Source: an uncultured Flavobacteriaceae bacterium
GTDB lineage: Bacteria; Bacteroidota; Bacteroidia; Flavobacteriales; Flavobacteriaceae
Assembly: GCA_964478845.1 (NCBI GenBank)
Contig: CAYZJT010000012.1
Coordinates: forward strand, 8,173 to 72,172
DNA: 64,000 nt
Direction: 5' to 3'
Below are positions 9,096-18,157 of the stretch, piece by piece (position 1 is the first letter of the stretch; the number at the start of each line of letters is the position of its first letter). The position numbers were made by a program, and so were the translations under genes. Below the pieces are notes generated by a model. It ran no database searches. It was not told the origin of the DNA and saw nothing but the letters and a program-made list of their open reading frames with translations.

Positions 9096-9660
9096 ACTCC
9101 AGTCGTTTTACTTCTCTAAAACTGATCAATTCGCCAGCATGCGAGAACAAATATTCCCTTCGATAGATCTTGCGCTTGTCCTTGAAGGCCACTACCAGTT
9201 CATAATTCTGAAAGGCGCCTTTTTTTATTTGCTGCTCGATAGACTGTGGATCGCTTTTGATAAAAAGGTATTGCTGCTGGACTTTCTCGATACGGTATTT
9301 TCTTGCGACTGTGTCTAACTGGCTGCGTATTTTAAGCAATGCCGCCTTTTCAATTTCCCGTTTGGAAATTTTGATCTCAACATCTTGGATTTTTCCATTC
9401 TGGTCGAACTCTGCACTAATTCTATTACCAGAGCGTTTAAATTTTGCTTCAAAACTGGAGCGTTCACCATCGATCTCTTTATAGTATTTGATACGTTTAT
9501 CTGCAGAATTGATAAGATCGACAATAGGTAGTGCAGGAGCAGGGAAATCATCTCGTTCAATTCCTGTTTCTTGTTCTTGTTTTGCAACCCCTTTTTGAGC
9601 GTAAAGCTGTCCGCAAAAAAGGAAAATTGTGCTGACTAGTGTAAACAAGAGCCTATTCAT
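9076..9660 (-). CDS. Secreted hypothetical protein (PepSY/BLIP-like repeats)
   Basis: Signal peptide; FEAKFK..ISAEFDQNG pattern. Confidence 0.55.
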   Translation of the reverse strand: MNRLLFTLVSTIFLFCGQLYAQKGVAKQEQETGIERDDFPAPALPIVDLINSADKRIKYYKEIDGERSSFEAKFKRSGNRISAEFDQNGKIQDVEIKISKREIEKAALLKIRSQLDTVARKYRIEKVQQQYLFIKSDPQSIEQQIKKGAFQNYELVVAFKDKRKIYRREYLFSHAGELISFREVKRLEYDFLLF

Positions 9661-9735
9661 GATGCTAAGGTAGTATTACCCATAGTTCATCGATTCTGTT
9701 TTGCTATTATTTAAGTGTGATGTTTTTTGTATTAA

Positions 9736-9749
9736 GCTTTCGCGAAAGC
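9736..9749. repeat. Palindrome copy, intergenic between divergent genes
   Basis: Exact 14-mer. Confidence 0.95.
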
Positions 9750-9841
9750 GTAATCATCAACAATCAAAAACTGCTTTAGAAATGTAGCTTCCTAAACTTT
9801 ATTACGACCTACCAACAAGATGATAGGGCTAAATTTGCAGT

Positions 9842-10534
9842 ATGATCAAAGGATTTTTCAGCAAGCATAAATGGAAGATACTGTTCATGTTGATCCTGTG
9901 TGGGGGAATCATGGCGGCTTTCCAGTATGCGCTTACGCCAGAGAAAACACTTGCTGTCTTGCAGCCTGATCAGTTCGACCCCACCCTAGTGGACGATAGC
10001 AAGCAATTTGTCAAAAAATATCACACCATCGCAGATTTCAAACTGGTCAACCAAAACGGTGATACCATCACCCAAGATTTCTATAAAGACAAAATCTACG
10101 TCGCAGACTTCTTTTTCACCACTTGCCCGTCTATTTGTCCCATGATGACCGAAAACATGATGATGGTACAGGAAGAATTTAAGGACGATCCAGAGGTGCT
10201 GATTCTTTCCCATAGCGTTACACCAGAGCAAGACTCAGTTGAAGTTCTGCGCGCCTACGCAGATAAGAAAGGCATCCTTGACAAAAAGTGGAACCTAGTC
10301 ACCGGGGACCGAAAAGAAATTTATGACCTGGCTCGCAAATCATACCTTGCTGCTAAGAATAAGTCTGGTCGTGAATACGGTTTGGTGCATACCGAAAATT
10401 TCATGCTGGTCGATAAAGAAGGTCGATTGAGAGGAAGATCATACGATGGCACAAATCCAGAGGAAGTTGAGGCACTTATCAAAGACATTTACACCCTAAA
10501 GGACATCTACCGCAGACAGGAAGAGAAGAAGTAG
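9842..10534 (+). CDS. SCO family copper chaperone
   Basis: FFTTCPSICP (CxxxC) and LVHTENFMLVD. Confidence 0.93.
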   Translation: MIKGFFSKHKWKILFMLILCGGIMAAFQYALTPEKTLAVLQPDQFDPTLVDDSKQFVKKYHTIADFKLVNQNGDTITQDFYKDKIYVADFFFTTCPSICPMMTENMMMVQEEFKDDPEVLILSHSVTPEQDSVEVLRAYADKKGILDKKWNLVTGDRKEIYDLARKSYLAAKNKSGREYGLVHTENFMLVDKEGRLRGRSYDGTNPEEVEALIKDIYTLKDIYRRQEEKK

Positions 10535-10581
10535 AGCCTATCCAGCCTAGAAACTTACTTTTGCGGTTTAAATGAACTGTT

Positions 10582-11481
10582 ATGAGAAAACCGCTACTTC
10601 TTTCGGCTTTATTTGCTACCACCCTTTCATTTGCTCAGAATGAGCAAGAAACTGATAGTATTCAAGAGGGCTGGAGCACGGATGGTGTTTTCCAATTCCT
10701 TTTTAATCAAAGTGCCTTTAACGCAGAATGGCAAGGTGGAGGAACCTCAAACATTGCAGGTAACGCTACGCTCAACTATGATGCAAACTACCTGAAAGGC
10801 CGTCACAGTTGGGACAATAAACTGATTTTGGAATACGGTATTACAAAACAGGATGAAGATGTATTCTCTCGTAAGACAAATGATCGTATCGAATTTAATT
10901 CGGTTTATGGGTATAAGATTAGTAAGGACAGCAGTTGGTCATATTCGTTTTTTGTCAATGGTCTGACACAGTTTGCAAAAGGTTACCGATTTAGCGAGGA
11001 TCCAGTAACTGGTGAAGAAATCAGAACCGAGCGAACTCGATTCATGTCTCCAGGCTTCTTCCAGATAGGACCTGGTGTACTTTACCGCCGTGACGAGGAT
11101 CTGACCGTAAACATAGCACCTGCTACATCGCGATTTGTGATCGTGGATAGCGAGTTCACTACTACCCCAGGATACATGGATGGTGATTACTTTGGCGTAG
11201 ATGCAGGCGAGTCCATGCGTTTTGAGCTGGGTGCCAGCATTAATGCACTTTATAACTTCACCATCGCTAAAAGCATCACCATGGACAACGTCCTATTACT
11301 TTACATGAACTATTTAGAAGATGTGGGCAACGTGGATATCAACTACAGCACAAACATCAACATGAAGATCAACGAATGGTTAAGCACAAACTTCATCTTC
11401 CAAGCCATCTACGATGACAATGCGGTAGGTGCATTTCAGGTGCGTCAGGTGTTTGGGTTAGGAGTGAACTATAAGTTTTAG
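10582..11481 (+). CDS. DUF3078 family outer-membrane protein
   Basis: Signal peptide; NQSAFN..WQGGG, RKTNDRIE, FMSPG motifs; terminal Phe. Confidence 0.85.
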   Translation: MRKPLLLSALFATTLSFAQNEQETDSIQEGWSTDGVFQFLFNQSAFNAEWQGGGTSNIAGNATLNYDANYLKGRHSWDNKLILEYGITKQDEDVFSRKTNDRIEFNSVYGYKISKDSSWSYSFFVNGLTQFAKGYRFSEDPVTGEEIRTERTRFMSPGFFQIGPGVLYRRDEDLTVNIAPATSRFVIVDSEFTTTPGYMDGDYFGVDAGESMRFELGASINALYNFTIAKSITMDNVLLLYMNYLEDVGNVDINYSTNINMKINEWLSTNFIFQAIYDDNAVGAFQVRQVFGLGVNYKF

Positions 11482-11500
11482 AAAATACAATTCATCCCTT

Positions 11501-11517
11501 TTACCAAATATTGGTAA
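11501..11517. promoter_or_regulatory. Probable ParD operator overlapping a TAATTTTG promoter element (11515-11522)
   Basis: Perfect inverted repeat TTACCAA-ATA-TTGGTAA about 20 nt upstream of the antitoxin ATG. Confidence 0.6.
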
Positions 11518-11536
11518 TTTTGAAAAAATTGTAGCA

Positions 11537-11785
11537 ATGAAAAATACTTCAGTCTCGCTGGGCACTCATTTTGATGAATTTCTCAAAAATCAAATCGATA
11601 GCGGTCGCTATAAAAACGCGAGTGAAGTGATACGCGCTGCGCTCAGATTGTTAGAAGATGAGGAAAGGTACAATGCGTGGTTGAGAGCTGAAATTCAGAA
11701 AGGTATTGATAGTGAGATAGTCGAGAATTTTGATTTTGAAGAGCATCTCAAAGCTTTGAAAGCAAAAAAGCGTAAGAGTGGTTAA
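11537..11785 (+). CDS. parD: ParD-type (CC2985 family) ribbon-helix-helix antitoxin
   Basis: TSVSLG...GRYKNASEVIRAALRLLE. Confidence 0.88.
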   Translation: MKNTSVSLGTHFDEFLKNQIDSGRYKNASEVIRAALRLLEDEERYNAWLRAEIQKGIDSEIVENFDFEEHLKALKAKKRKSG

Positions 11786-12074
11786 ACTTCACATTCGACA
11801 GGCGGCTATCGATGACCTCGATGAAATCTGGGACTACACAGAATCACAATTTTCTAGTTCACAAGCAGACAAGTATTACTTTCAGATCAAAAGTGTTTGT
11901 CATTCACTGCTTTCAAATCCTAATATTGGAAAATCTTACACTCATTTAGGGGAATCAATAAAGGGAATTGTATCTGGCAGGCACCTAATTTTCTATAAAA
12001 TTCACGAGGATAAAATTGATATATTACGAATTGTACACGGAAATAGAAATTATAGCGGAAAAGATTTGAAATAA
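11778..12074 (+). CDS. parE: ParE family toxin
   Basis: AIDDLDEIWDYT...QADKY...HLIFY...ILRIVH; overlaps the antitoxin. Confidence 0.88.
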   Translation: MVKLHIRQAAIDDLDEIWDYTESQFSSSQADKYYFQIKSVCHSLLSNPNIGKSYTHLGESIKGIVSGRHLIFYKIHEDKIDILRIVHGNRNYSGKDLK

Positions 12075-12091
12075 TCATCTAATCTCTTTGT

Positions 12092-13156
12092 TTACGTTAC
12101 TATTTCACCAAGTCCAGCATCGTGAGTCGGTATCATCCACCCATTTTCAATCCTGAAAAGCCCAGAAAAAGGATCATTGGTGAAATCTAGATGACCATCT
12201 AGATCAGCGTATTGGGTGTTTGGTCTGGCTAGTGCAAAATGCAGTCCTGCGGCTATTCCCAGCATGCTTTCATCCAGACAACCTACCATCACCGGCATTC
12301 CAGCTGCGCTGGCTACAGAGTCGATGTGAACTCCCTGAGTGATCCCTCCCACCTTCTGCAGTTTGATGTTGATCATGTTTGCCCCAGCAGATTTTGACAA
12401 TGAGTGCGCATCGCTGATTGATCGCACGCCCTCGTCTGCCATTACGGGAAGTGGTATTTCTGTGGCGAGTCGCTGTAATGCGATATCATCCTGATAATCC
12501 GTGGGCTGCTCAAGCATCTGGATGTTTAGCTTTTTTGTCCTTTTGGCAAATAGCTTGCTTTTTGCAATGTCATAACCTTGGTTGGCATCAAATCGCAACC
12601 CCAGTTCTAGGCCGTAGACTTCTCTTAGTTTGGCGAGTGCCTTGACATCCTGATCCAGATCTAGTCCACCTTTGATTTTCAAGATTCTGTAGCCTTGTTG
12701 CCAGTACGCTTTCGCGAAAGCGAGAACATCATCCACAGGCATAATCCCGATGGTCACACTCGTGGCGATCTTTCTACGATAACCGCCCAAAAACTTGTAA
12801 AGTGGCACACCGGCAGCCCGCGAAATCAAATCGTATAGCGCGATGTCCACCATCGCCAGCGCAGACCGCTGGTTTTGAAGATGTTTTTTCAACTCGGCAA
12901 TGTGCAGCCTGTATTCCCATGGGTCTTTATTTGACAGGTAGGGCTCGATGGTGGTATTGATGGCATTGACCACGGACTCTGCCGTCTCGCCGGTGATTTC
13001 CATATCGGGCGCCGCACAACCCCATCCAGTCAGTCCGTTGTCTGTATTGAGTTTGAGAACTACGTTTTGGGCGCTGTCGATAGACTCGTAGGCGATCGTG
13101 TAGCCAGACTTCATTTTTAAATCCAGCACTTGATATTCGATACTCGTGATTCTCAC
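12092..13156 (-). CDS. Enolase-superfamily L-Ala-D/L-Glu epimerase family protein (DgcA-like)
   Basis: KIK general-base motif, DANQG / EQP / DE metal ligands, NIKLQKVGG and DLDG. Confidence 0.88.
   Translation of the reverse strand: MRITSIEYQVLDLKMKSGYTIAYESIDSAQNVVLKLNTDNGLTGWGCAAPDMEITGETAESVVNAINTTIEPYLSNKDPWEYRLHIAELKKHLQNQRSALAMVDIALYDLISRAAGVPLYKFLGGYRRKIATSVTIGIMPVDDVLAFAKAYWQQGYRILKIKGGLDLDQDVKALAKLREVYGLELGLRFDANQGYDIAKSKLFAKRTKKLNIQMLEQPTDYQDDIALQRLATEIPLPVMADEGVRSISDAHSLSKSAGANMINIKLQKVGGITQGVHIDSVASAAGMPVMVGCLDESMLGIAAGLHFALARPNTQYADLDGHLDFTNDPFSGLFRIENGWMIPTHDAGLGEIVT
12708..12721. repeat. Palindrome copy inside the epimerase (AFAKA frame)
   Basis: Exact 14-mer. Confidence 0.95.
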
Positions 13157-13159
13157 GGA

Positions 13160-13954
13160 CTAATATCTGTTTTGGTACAGTTTGTCAAGAGGCATGTTTT
13201 TGATGCTTTCGACAAATTCCACCATCTTTCTGATGGAAATATCCCACATCTTTTTGCCTTTCTCCGCGGTGGCTTTTCTTGCGTTGCCCATCACGCCGCT
13301 GTTGGAAATACGATCTGTATGCACATACCAGTTCACTCCACGATCTGAAGTGAAATCTAGATACTCGTTGTCCAGATCAAGGGTTTCATCTACAGCTTTG
13401 TTCATGTCGACAATTTCTGGTCGCAGCGCCAGCGTGGTGCTGGTTTCAATCTCACCGGCGTGGATGTCGTTTGGAGTATCGATCAATCCGTAAAGATCGA
13501 TATCGCTGGTTTCGCCCGTGTCTACACAAACAAAAATCTTTGCATCACGATTGATCATTTGCGCAGCGTAGGTGAGTGTAGGCTTGTTGTCGCCGTGACC
13601 GTTTAGGATGATCAGTTTCTTGATTCCGTTGTGTGCTAGACTCATCCCCAGATCATAGATGATTGCACTCAATGCATTATTGGTCACACTCAACGTTCCC
13701 TTGAAATCGCTGTGATGGTAGGAAACGCCATAGGGAATGGGCGGTAACACAAAAGGTTTGGGGTCAGCGCAATTTTTTGCTACTTCCTGTGCCATGTAAA
13801 CGGCATCGTAGTAATCGATGTCCACAGGTAGATGTGGCCCGTGCTGCTCGATGGCACCGCAAGGTAAAATGGCGGTGTCAATCTTTTTCAGCCTTTCTTC
13901 AATCTCTTGCCAGCTCAAGGTTTCCCAGAGGTAGTCGGTTTTTTTATTCTGCAT
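13160..13954 (-). CDS. Creatininase family amidohydrolase (start moved to the ATG at 13954)
   Basis: GAIEQHGPHLPVDID, NGHGDN and HAGEIETS motifs. Confidence 0.88.
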   Translation of the reverse strand: MQNKKTDYLWETLSWQEIEERLKKIDTAILPCGAIEQHGPHLPVDIDYYDAVYMAQEVAKNCADPKPFVLPPIPYGVSYHHSDFKGTLSVTNNALSAIIYDLGMSLAHNGIKKLIILNGHGDNKPTLTYAAQMINRDAKIFVCVDTGETSDIDLYGLIDTPNDIHAGEIETSTTLALRPEIVDMNKAVDETLDLDNEYLDFTSDRGVNWYVHTDRISNSGVMGNARKATAEKGKKMWDISIRKMVEFVESIKNMPLDKLYQNRY

Positions 13955-15473
13955 TTGCGTATTTGTATTTCTTCTGAGCCAGAAACTCAGGGGTGATTTC
14001 TTGATCTTCCCAGCCATTGTTTTTCCTGATGACCGCACCATCTGCGTATTCATCCAGAATGTTGAAAAGTGGCAGGCGCACGTATTCAGGAAGATCCTCT
14101 AAGTTACTGCGCTGTTCATCAAAACGCAGCTCCATCACACGTGGGTGTGATTTTGCCAATCGTTTGGTGAATTCGTTTTTTTCGATAGCGCCCTTTTCCA
14201 ACAGCATGTGGTAGAGGTGAGCGGCATCGCTGCCTATTTGTTTTATACTGGTATTGGATAGTTTTTGAAGTGCAAGCTCAATCTGCAGGTCGCTGTAGCC
14301 GCAGTTTTTAGGATCGGATTCAAGGGCGGTAATCATTCCTATGATCCGGCGGCACTTCTCGCATTTGCCGCAGGGATACATGCGTTTTTCGTGTTCATGA
14401 GCCGCGTGACAGCTTACCTGTTCTTTTTGCAGATCAGGATAACGCTTGAGTAAGACCTTCATGATTAGCAATTCTGACATGCTGCGCAGCAACGAAAACT
14501 GATATAAGTCCCAGCCTTTCCTTGCATAAAATCTGGTCATCGCATTATCAAAGTATTTGCTCTGATCATATAGTGCCGCGTAATGCGTTATTCCGTTCAA
14601 CGATTTTTTCTCGGTGGTGTCGTACTCGTCGCCTACGATGATGTTTTTCAGGCCTTGTTTCAACGCGATAGGCAAGACGCCAAAAAGAAAAACGGATACC
14701 GTCCACAAACGCACGGGGTAGATATCTGCACGTATACTGGCGTAATTAGGTTTGATGAATTTTAGGTGTCGCAGCATCCAGTTGAAGATTCGGTCGCTGT
14801 TGCACCATACCTTGTTAGTACGTGGTTCGCTTTCGCGAAAGCGTCTAAAAGCATTTACCGCGGTAAACCAATGTCTCCCTGCCTCGTTCACATAAATAGG
14901 ATGCGGATAGCTAAATTCCTTGATCATCCCATAGGAAACTAGGCTGTCCTTTCCGCCGCTGCTCAGGATTGCGTAGGCCTCGGGATTCGCTTTCGCGAAC
15001 CTGCCTGTCGTGCCATGGCAGGCAGGAGCGGAATCAATTTTACACGCTGGCTGTGTGAACTTGATCTCTGCCTGTGTGTATCGTTCACGCTTCTCTGGGA
15101 CTAGACCTGTAAACTCTTCAGTCAAAAATGGATTGTCCACCAGCTTGTTGCATAGGATTTCCCGACTTGTATTCTCGGTCATGTCCTTGATCAATTGCTG
15201 ATCGGTTTTGTCATAATTGCCGTCAAAAATCAGCTCACGGCAAAACAGGCCGTAATTCATCGCGACCTGAGCGACCATCATACTAGCCAAATTCTGATCG
15301 GCTAAATCCTTTTTGTTGAACAGCTTATCGTTGTAAGTGTAGAAAAGCGTATTTGTAAACGTGTTGCCGTCCAGATCGATGATTTCATAAACCGCCTGCA
15401 CCCGTCGAGGGGTGATGATGGGTTTGTGAATCCGCAGGCTGCGCAGTACGACAAAATCCTCGAGTGCAATCAT
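13944..15473 (-). CDS. Uncharacterised PP-loop ATP-utilising enzyme (MurL/QueC-like)
   Basis: SSGGKDS PP-loop and C-terminal Cys cluster CHAAH-x7-PCGKCEKCRR. Confidence 0.65.
   Translation of the reverse strand: MIALEDFVVLRSLRIHKPIITPRRVQAVYEIIDLDGNTFTNTLFYTYNDKLFNKKDLADQNLASMMVAQVAMNYGLFCRELIFDGNYDKTDQQLIKDMTENTSREILCNKLVDNPFLTEEFTGLVPEKRERYTQAEIKFTQPACKIDSAPACHGTTGRFAKANPEAYAILSSGGKDSLVSYGMIKEFSYPHPIYVNEAGRHWFTAVNAFRRFRESEPRTNKVWCNSDRIFNWMLRHLKFIKPNYASIRADIYPVRLWTVSVFLFGVLPIALKQGLKNIIVGDEYDTTEKKSLNGITHYAALYDQSKYFDNAMTRFYARKGWDLYQFSLLRSMSELLIMKVLLKRYPDLQKEQVSCHAAHEHEKRMYPCGKCEKCRRIIGMITALESDPKNCGYSDLQIELALQKLSNTSIKQIGSDAAHLYHMLLEKGAIEKNEFTKRLAKSHPRVMELRFDEQRSNLEDLPEYVRLPLFNILDEYADGAVIRKNNGWEDQEITPEFLAQKKYKYANAE
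14829..14842. repeat. Palindrome copy inside the PP-loop gene (FRES frame)
   Basis: Exact 14-mer; a partial 11-nt copy also lies at 14989-14999. Confidence 0.95.
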
Positions 15474-16528
15474 CTCAAGTGGTTCTTGAGCAAGTTGACC
15501 AGTCCATCTGCACCGTGGGCAAGCACATCAAAAGCCGGAAGCCCAGTTTCCTCAGTAATCTTCTGACAAGCTGATTCAATATCTGCTGGGTCTAGATTTT
15601 CATGGTTAACGGTGACTGCAATTACCTTCTTCCCAGAAATAGTCTCGATGGCATTGATCTGTTCAGGCAACGAATGCAGGCGATAGCCGGGAAAGCCGTC
15701 GTATTCCAGTCGGGTAGGGGCGTGCTGCAGAATGACATAGTCTGGTCTGCCAGCCGCCAAAATCTCAAACCCGCCGGGATAGGCTGGATTCATCAGGCTG
15801 CCCTGACCCTCGATGACTAGGAGGTCTGGATTTTCGTTTTTCCATGCCTCGTGGGTAGCATGCTCTATCTCACCGCTCACAAAATCGTTGATGCAGCTGT
15901 CCATGATCATGCTGTATTTGGCACCCTGCATCCATGCAGTCTGACCTGTTCCCACCATTTCGGCTTTTTTGCCCGCCTTGCGGAAGGCATGAACGATGAT
16001 CCAAGCGGTGGTGCGTTTGCCTATCGCGCTATCGGTGCCCAGTACGGCGATCTTCAGGCAATTGACTTCCTCGATTTTTCCCGTGAAGAAATGCAGCTCA
16101 TCGCGATCTGGTGTTTTGCGTACGTCTTTGATGGTTATATTATTTTCTTTAGCGAGGTTGACCAGTCGCTCATCTTTGGTTAAAAAGTCGTGCAGACCAG
16201 AAACGATGTCCATCCCGCAGCTTATGGCTTGAGCGATGATATCACGCGCCTTGGCAGGTAATCGACCTCCGTCAGGGGCAAGTCCGATCACAAAATTCTC
16301 GACGATATTTTCTTTTGTTGCGCTGTCAAAGTCGGCGTAAATGGGGATTCCGGCATTTTTGCCGTCAAGCACTTCGCCAGCATCTTTCCCAGCGTAGTTG
16401 CTGTCGATGACACCCACCACATCAAAACGTTCCGTAAAACGCACGAGGCCGTGGGCAGTTTTTCCGTTTGGGGTATTGAATGCACCCTCGCAGTAAACCA
16501 GCGCGGTGCCGTTGATGGATTTTTTCAT
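15470..16528 (-). CDS. DUF1611 family protein (DgcN-like N-acetyltransferase)
   Basis: GKTAHGLVR, GLAPDGG, GTDSAIGKRTT, GTGQT and IEGQGSL motifs. Confidence 0.88.
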   Translation of the reverse strand: MKKSINGTALVYCEGAFNTPNGKTAHGLVRFTERFDVVGVIDSNYAGKDAGEVLDGKNAGIPIYADFDSATKENIVENFVIGLAPDGGRLPAKARDIIAQAISCGMDIVSGLHDFLTKDERLVNLAKENNITIKDVRKTPDRDELHFFTGKIEEVNCLKIAVLGTDSAIGKRTTAWIIVHAFRKAGKKAEMVGTGQTAWMQGAKYSMIMDSCINDFVSGEIEHATHEAWKNENPDLLVIEGQGSLMNPAYPGGFEILAAGRPDYVILQHAPTRLEYDGFPGYRLHSLPEQINAIETISGKKVIAVTVNHENLDPADIESACQKITEETGLPAFDVLAHGADGLVNLLKNHLR

Positions 16529-16530
16529 AA

Positions 16531-17604
16531 CTATCTTTTTGCTGTGATGACCGCGACAAAACGATCATTTTCCAGCGGTTGTTTTTTGTGTAATTCCAAC
16601 AAAGCAATCAAGCCAGCGCTAGAACAGGGCAGAATGCGCATACCCTCTTTTTGGTTCAGGTAGCTGCTCATCTCTTTAAGCTTGCGGTCTGAAACGTGTG
16701 CCGCGTAGCCACTGCTTTCGCGCAAAGCGTAGAGGGCTTCTTCGCCATCAAAGCTATGCCAGTTGATCAAAGCCTCATTGACTAATGTCTCTTTGATTTT
16801 GCTTGGTTCCAGATCTTCGCAATGATCCAGTCCTTTTAGATGCGAGCTGATGATAGGATTCTTGTGCGCCGATGATCCAGCGACCATGTATGGAATTCTG
16901 CTTGTCTTCCCCCTTTTATAGAGACTCACGAAACCACGATATATTCCTGCTAGCACGGTACCGTTAGAAACGGGGCAGGCCAGATAGCGTGGTGCGTCTC
17001 GCAGGGTATCGTAGATTTCATTTGCAATTTCAGCGTAAGCTGCGATCTGCATAGGTGTGTTTGCACCGCCGGGGTTGGCATCATACCACGAATTTTCTGC
17101 TGCTTGCTTTGAACTCGACTGAACTACATCCTCATAAGTTCCAGTCAGCCTTATCAGTTCTGCGCCTAGCTGCTCGATCTGTACGGTGCGTTCTGAATGA
17201 TAGCTTTCTGGCATGAATACGTTGCAGTTCAGGCCAGCCAAACTTGCTGCATAAGCACAGGCTACACCATAGTTCCCACAGGTGGCGAGGGCAAGTGTAT
17301 CATAGCCTCTACGTAAGGCATCGAGCACCTGCGCAAAAGCAATGCGGTCTTTTTGGGTGCCAGTAGGATTGTTTCCCTCGTATTTCAGGAAAAGCTGTCT
17401 GATACCATGATCCCTTTCCAGCGTTCTGGCACGAGTAAGATTGGTATCCCCTACTTCTAGGCTGATGATATCTTCAAAAGATTCTATGCGATCTTGTAAA
17501 GAAAATGAATGATTCCTGACCATCGCACTCAGGCGATCAACCTCGGCGGTGTTAGTCACCACTTGACTTTTTACACCGTCCAGAAGATTGTTTTCAGTTA
17601 TCAT
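16531..17604 (-). CDS. Fold-type II PLP-dependent enzyme (threonine-synthase-like)
   Basis: LKYEGNNPTGTQKDR Schiff-base motif, ATCGNYG and CPVSNGT phosphate loop. Confidence 0.85.
   Translation of the reverse strand: MITENNLLDGVKSQVVTNTAEVDRLSAMVRNHSFSLQDRIESFEDIISLEVGDTNLTRARTLERDHGIRQLFLKYEGNNPTGTQKDRIAFAQVLDALRRGYDTLALATCGNYGVACAYAASLAGLNCNVFMPESYHSERTVQIEQLGAELIRLTGTYEDVVQSSSKQAAENSWYDANPGGANTPMQIAAYAEIANEIYDTLRDAPRYLACPVSNGTVLAGIYRGFVSLYKRGKTSRIPYMVAGSSAHKNPIISSHLKGLDHCEDLEPSKIKETLVNEALINWHSFDGEEALYALRESSGYAAHVSDRKLKEMSSYLNQKEGMRILPCSSAGLIALLELHKKQPLENDRFVAVITAKR
16714..16728. repeat. Degenerate palindrome copy (one extra base) inside the PLP gene
   Basis: GCTTTCGCGCAAAGC. Confidence 0.6.
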
Positions 17605-17738
17605 TTTTCAACATCAGACCTATAGAATTAGTAAGTAAATGTATGAGAATGCTATATCTGAAAAAGCGCTTTAAGAATAATTTTGCTAAAGCCTAATTTA
17701 TGTCTAACCCATTAAACTGAAAATAATGAATTAAAAAA

Positions 17739-17756
17739 GCCATCCTTGCGGATGGC
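17739..17756 (-). terminator. Intrinsic terminator of the 17784-18086 gene
   Basis: GCCATCC-GCAA-GGATGGC followed by TTTTTT on the minus strand. Confidence 0.75.
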
Positions 17757-17783
17757 TCTGAAAAATCTAATATGTTATTTTGA

Positions 17784-18086
17784 CTAGTTGTCGTCAGTAC
17801 CGTTGATCTCTTCGTTGATCTCACGGTTCACATCTTTACCTGCGTCTTCAATTTCTTGACCTACCTGACGACCAGCTTCATCGATTTGACGTCCTGCGCG
17901 CTCTGCTGCGCCCTCTACTTCTTCACCTGCATCTTCAAGCTCTTCACCAGCAGCATCGATGTTTCTTTCTGTGTCCTCTGCTGCATTTTCAATAGTCTCT
18001 TCTGCGCTGTTTTCAGTTTCTTCTCTACATGAAGTTGTAGCGATCATTAAACCTGCGACAGCAAAACTTAACAATAATCTTTTCAT
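17784..18086 (-). CDS. Small acidic lipoprotein with amphipathic repeats
   Basis: Lipobox TTSC; repeated (A/D)AG(E/R)(E/Q) units. Confidence 0.75.
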   Translation of the reverse strand: MKRLLLSFAVAGLMIATTSCREETENSAEETIENAAEDTERNIDAAGEELEDAGEEVEGAAERAGRQIDEAGRQVGQEIEDAGKDVNREINEEINGTDDN

Positions 18087-18157
18087 TGTATTGGAATTTA
18101 ATTAAGGACCAAAATTAGATAGGTGCATCACTAATTTGGTTAATATTCTTAGAAATA

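Noticed and set aside
13955-14053. Longer start for the creatininase gene in the ORF track
   Set aside because: It would overlap the upstream gene by 110 nt; the ATG at 13954 gives a normal 11-nt overlap and family-typical length.
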